Assembly: GCA_003566815.1 (NCBI GenBank) | Contig: PXBT01000090.1 | Coordinates: 1 to 42,997 of the forward strand | DNA from: Caldisericota bacterium | Lineage (GTDB): Bacteria; Caldisericota; Caldisericia; UBA6126 | Length of the DNA stretch: 42,997 bases | Direction of reading: 5' to 3' | Shown here: in pieces, positions 39,970 through 42,997 of the stretch | Numbering within the stretch: position 1 is the stretch's first letter | Layout of the letters: each line of letters starts with the position of its first letter | Translations under genes and position numbers: made by a program | Notes under the pieces: model-generated | What the model saw: only the letters and a program-made list of their open reading frames with translations | What the model was told of the DNA's origin: nothing | The model's database searches: none

Positions 39970-42900
39970 TTAATTTTTGATTTTTATTTCACGCGTCTCT
40001 GCGACCCATTCAACCTCAGCTCCAAAGGCTTCACTGATGAATCGAATAGGCACAAAGGTTCTGCCTTCAACAATTTCAGGAGGAGCATCAAGAGTGTATT
40101 TGGTCTCTCCAATGCGACCTTCTTCACCTATAAATACCTCAGTAGAACCAATCACCATTCGAATAGTTCTGCCGTCACGGACAAGAGTAATTTGTCTTAA
40201 GTTTCCATCCCATTCAACCTCAGCACCCAGAGCTTCACCGATAAATCGCAAAGGAACCATAGTTCTTCCTGCCTTTATGTATGGCGGAGCATCAAGAGCA
40301 AATTCTTCATGATTGATATAAGCAGAAGTTGATCCTATCTGCAACTTAATCAATGTGATGAGGCTTACTTCAATATACTCAACAGAACTATTGGTTGCCT
40401 GGTCAATAGCAATGATTTCGATTGAATTGAACCCGTGCACCAAATCAAAAGGATGAGAAAAGTTACCTTCTTCATCGACAGCTACATCTTGCGCTTCAAT
40501 AGTAACAATAGCACCTGGATCTGTTCTTCCTTCTATCACAATTGTGCTTTGCATTACTTCTTCTGGGATAGGCTTAAGCTCAATAACTGGCGGGACAGTG
40601 TCAAGCATTACCGTGCGAATGACTTCTGTTTGAAGGCCCACACGATTGGTAGCCACCAGAGTAAGAGCATTGGGCCCCTCTTCAAGAGTTATCTCATGCG
40701 CAAACATCCCACTGCTTTCTATGTCCACCATTTCTTCGTTAATGGTAAGCATAGCGGTAGGATCTGTTCTTCCTGAAACTTCAAGAATTTTCTGATTGGT
40801 GATCATTCCGTCCGGCGGATAAGCCATCTCCAATAGAGGAGGAAGAGCATCGGGGTTTCGCTCTACTCGGAAGGAAATTCGTTGAGTATGACTTACTTCG
40901 CCACCTGAGGCAATAATATCAAGCACCATTTCTCTATCAGGTGTTTCTGGTTTTATATTAATGGTAAGCACTGAAGAAAAGGGTACAATACCTGAAACAG
41001 GCTCAAACTCAACAGACTCAATATCATCAGGAATATCTCGAAGATTTAAAGATATTTCATCATCAAAATAAGGATCAGGAGTAACATTGATCTGATAGCT
41101 GATGGATTCTCCCGCCATAATTCTTTCATCCTGAAGAGCATCCACTGATAAAATAAAATCAGGAGGTCGCGCTTCCACCACTTCAATTTTTCCACTCAGA
41201 TTTTGTGTTCGCTGAGATGATCTGGAAAAAGCCTCAATGGTAAATAGCTGTTGATCGTTTTGTTCTGCGTTGGGAGGCACGGTAGTTCTAATCTCAACTT
41301 TTGACATATCGAACGACTGTAACCTTAGACCACTGGTTCCGGTAGCTGATACTTCCTTTCCATCCACATATACACTAAACAGCCATTTATCCTGCGAACG
41401 ATTCAATACTCTCAAATCAAAAGTTTCTGTTTTTGTGCCTGTATTTACTAAATGAGTTGTTATGACCGCTTGCTCGCCTTTTGTTCGAAGTTGATTCAAG
41501 CTGTGATCAGAAATCAAATTAAATGCTGAATTGTTAATGGTTTTGACTGGAAGCTCAGCAGCTTGAAGTACAGTTTTTGTAACATTATCCTGCACAAATA
41601 CCACCAAACTCATTTTGGATAAATTATAAAAATCCAAAATTTCATAATCGACTTCAAGCTGATATACATCGCCTTTTCGATTGAATGTTTCTCCGTTGGG
41701 CAATTTCATGGGAGTCCCAAGGTAATCATTGATATCATCATTCTTTGGAGTAAGCATATCTCGAACCACAAAATGATGCTCTTCTTCTCCATTAATAGCT
41801 GAGAATGGAATATCTGTTTCTGTTAAAACAAAGTATATGCGCGGATCTCTGAAAGGAATGGAATCCAATGCTCTTACAGTGGCTGAGATTTTTCCTGTTT
41901 GAGTTTGAGAGTCATAAAAGTTATGCACTCCAATACTAACTATGGAAGACTTTTTCAAATGTTCCATAACGCGAGCACGATACCCATTGTACATTGCTCT
42001 ATCTCTTCCTTCAAAGGTACGGGTATCCTCTCCAGTTGGAACACCTTTCAAATAGTCTGTGCCATTAAAGTAGATTGTTGGCAACCCATAATCTGCCTGA
42101 TACCAAAACATACGGGATTCGCTATCCGGGGATGTCAAACGAGGAGAGGGCTCATCCCTCCCCTCAGACATTACATAATATTCCAACCATACAACTTTTT
42201 CTTTGCCCAACTCATAATAAAGCCTGTTCATCGCATAGTGTGAATGAACACAGTTGATACACCAAATTGCAGTGAACAGCTCTCCCAAAACGGTGTGAGG
42301 AACCAAATGGGATCGTTGTTGAAACACAAAAGTTGAAGTAGCTCTCCTGCGAATTCCTCCACGGGCTGCCTGAGCTTCCACTTCAATATTGTAAAAGCCT
42401 GCTTCTATCATTCGAGCTGATGGAGAAAGTCTCAATTCAGCATGATATGTTTGGTCTTCTTCCACTAGTATTGAGGTGGGAGAAAACTCTGAGGTTGTAT
42501 TTCTTGGCATACCCAGTGCAATAAATGAAATACGACCTCTAAATCCATTTTGCGGTTCTACACGAATAGGAATCACAATTGCATCATCTGCTGATGCTAC
42601 CACAATAGGGTCAATATCAGCGTAAAAATCTGGCGTTTCATCTCCACGAAATTGTATTTTTACATCCTGCTTCGTATTGTAATCGTTGTCCAATGCAACG
42701 CTAATGGTAGCTTCATATTCATTGCCCTGCTCAAGTTGGTCGCCGGAAATTCTGACTCTGACTTTTTGGTAAGGAGCGCTGAAAGTTCTTGGCTCAACAA
42801 TAACTGCGGGGTGATCAGAGCTTACTGACCCAGACATAATGTTGCCGCTTTCATTGTGAATAAGAAATGATCGTTCTATTTCATTTTGAGAATCAATAGA

Positions 42901-42997
42901 TCCAAAGTCAAGATAAGATGGAGTCAGGCGCATCATTTTTGTTCCAAAAATTTCACTCATTTTGATGCTTTTGACTCGATGATTGTATGCATCAGCA
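39970..42997 (-). CDS. Large multi-domain cell-surface protein: Ig-like/CARDB-like domains, an embedded Omp28-like thioredoxin-fold domain (WCINC), two Big-like domains, and a C-terminal tandem copper-amine-oxidase-N1 (stalk) repeat. The 5' end is probably beyond the window.
   Basis: The track ORF starts at the M at 42960. The frame stays open to the window edge (...ADAYNHRVKSIK-MSEIFG), and the M-start has no signal peptide. ELFTAIWCINCV is encoded at 42250-42264. The C-terminus has LDAPPYIKAGRTMVPLRFIGEALGAEVEW and LDAPPEIVEGRTFVPIRFISEAFGAEVEW. Confidence 0.6.
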   Translation of the reverse strand, partial: ADAYNHRVKSIKMSEIFGTKMMRLTPSYLDFGSIDSQNEIERSFLIHNESGNIMSGSVSSDHPAVIVEPRTFSAPYQKVRVRISGDQLEQGNEYEATISVALDNDYNTKQDVKIQFRGDETPDFYADIDPIVVASADDAIVIPIRVEPQNGFRGRISFIALGMPRNTTSEFSPTSILVEEDQTYHAELRLSPSARMIEAGFYNIEVEAQAARGGIRRRATSTFVFQQRSHLVPHTVLGELFTAIWCINCVHSHYAMNRLYYELGKEKVVWLEYYVMSEGRDEPSPRLTSPDSESRMFWYQADYGLPTIYFNGTDYLKGVPTGEDTRTFEGRDRAMYNGYRARVMEHLKKSSIVSIGVHNFYDSQTQTGKISATVRALDSIPFRDPRIYFVLTETDIPFSAINGEEEHHFVVRDMLTPKNDDINDYLGTPMKLPNGETFNRKGDVYQLEVDYEILDFYNLSKMSLVVFVQDNVTKTVLQAAELPVKTINNSAFNLISDHSLNQLRTKGEQAVITTHLVNTGTKTETFDLRVLNRSQDKWLFSVYVDGKEVSATGTSGLRLQSFDMSKVEIRTTVPPNAEQNDQQLFTIEAFSRSSQRTQNLSGKIEVVEARPPDFILSVDALQDERIMAGESISYQINVTPDPYFDDEISLNLRDIPDDIESVEFEPVSGIVPFSSVLTINIKPETPDREMVLDIIASGGEVSHTQRISFRVERNPDALPPLLEMAYPPDGMITNQKILEVSGRTDPTAMLTINEEMVDIESSGMFAHEITLEEGPNALTLVATNRVGLQTEVIRTVMLDTVPPVIELKPIPEEVMQSTIVIEGRTDPGAIVTIEAQDVAVDEEGNFSHPFDLVHGFNSIEIIAIDQATNSSVEYIEVSLITLIKLQIGSTSAYINHEEFALDAPPYIKAGRTMVPLRFIGEALGAEVEWDGNLRQITLVRDGRTIRMVIGSTEVFIGEEGRIGETKYTLDAPPEIVEGRTFVPIRFISEAFGAEVEWVAETREIKIKN
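40006..40299. repeat. Intragenic direct repeat, 204-bp period (two copies of the copper-amine-oxidase-N1-like module)
   Basis: CCATTCAACCTCAGC...GGAGCATCAAGAG occurs at about 40006-40095 and again at about 40210-40299. It is mirrored in the duplicated peptide and in the repetitive antisense ORF 39977-40312. Confidence 0.7.

Noticed and set aside
1-42997. A search of the whole window for CRISPR arrays, tRNA/rRNA genes, IS elements, integrases, toxin-antitoxin pairs, restriction or other defence genes, and long inter-gene repeats
   Set aside because: None found. Intergenic space is minimal. The only repeats seen are the 24-bp palindrome, the terminator hairpin and the intragenic 204-bp domain duplication. 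The window looks like core chromosome rather than a mobile or defence island.

Overview
This is a gene-dense, AT-rich bacterial chromosomal window of 42,997 bp that reads cleanly in the standard genetic code. It holds about 40 protein genes, many with overlapping stop and start codons. I found no rRNA, tRNA, CRISPR array, transposase, integrase or phage genes.

Layout, left to right:
- A SAM-methyltransferase gene (-) that runs off the left edge and is missing from the ORF track.
- A TPP riboswitch controlling a thiXYZ-type thiamine-pyrimidine ABC importer (+).
- A long minus-strand array: pyrB, pyrI, a MATE exporter, a Zn/Cd/Pb-type P1B ATPase and a membrane-anchored thioredoxin. A 96-bp gap containing a 24-bp perfect palindrome follows. 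Then come an ArsP-like permease, a Trx_3 protein, a thioredoxin lipoprotein and CcdA.
- A plus-strand operon: two-subunit class I fumarase, a DHH-DHHA1-CBS-class II nucleotidyltransferase fusion, and an M50-like membrane protein whose catalytic residues are substituted.
- A 13-kb minus-strand array: two class A PBPs, tmk-darA-holB, and two large secreted subtilases. Each subtilase ends in a cohesin-like module plus a dockerin. They flank a PF04008-type small protein.
- A promoter- and terminator-bounded two-gene unit: a small membrane protein with a CxxC motif, and a NapH/YccM-like membrane polyferredoxin.
- The housekeeping block efp-nusB-ispA-dxs-nadK-recN-hflX-mtnA (+).
- A multi-domain surface protein of more than 996 aa (-) whose reading frame is still open at the right edge.

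Most of this is ordinary core genome with Firmicutes/Clostridia-like synteny (tmk-darA-holB; ispA-dxs-nadK-recN).

Best candidates for undescribed biology, all of them hypotheses:
1. The envelope thiol-redox plus thiophilic-metal export cluster (3460-8956).
2. The paired subtilases with cohesin-like and dockerin modules (16473-22900).
3. The orphan CxxC-membrane-protein/polyferredoxin unit (29895-31371).
4. The surface protein with an embedded thioredoxin-like WCINC domain (39970-42997).

All family and domain calls come from motifs I recognised by eye. No database search was run.
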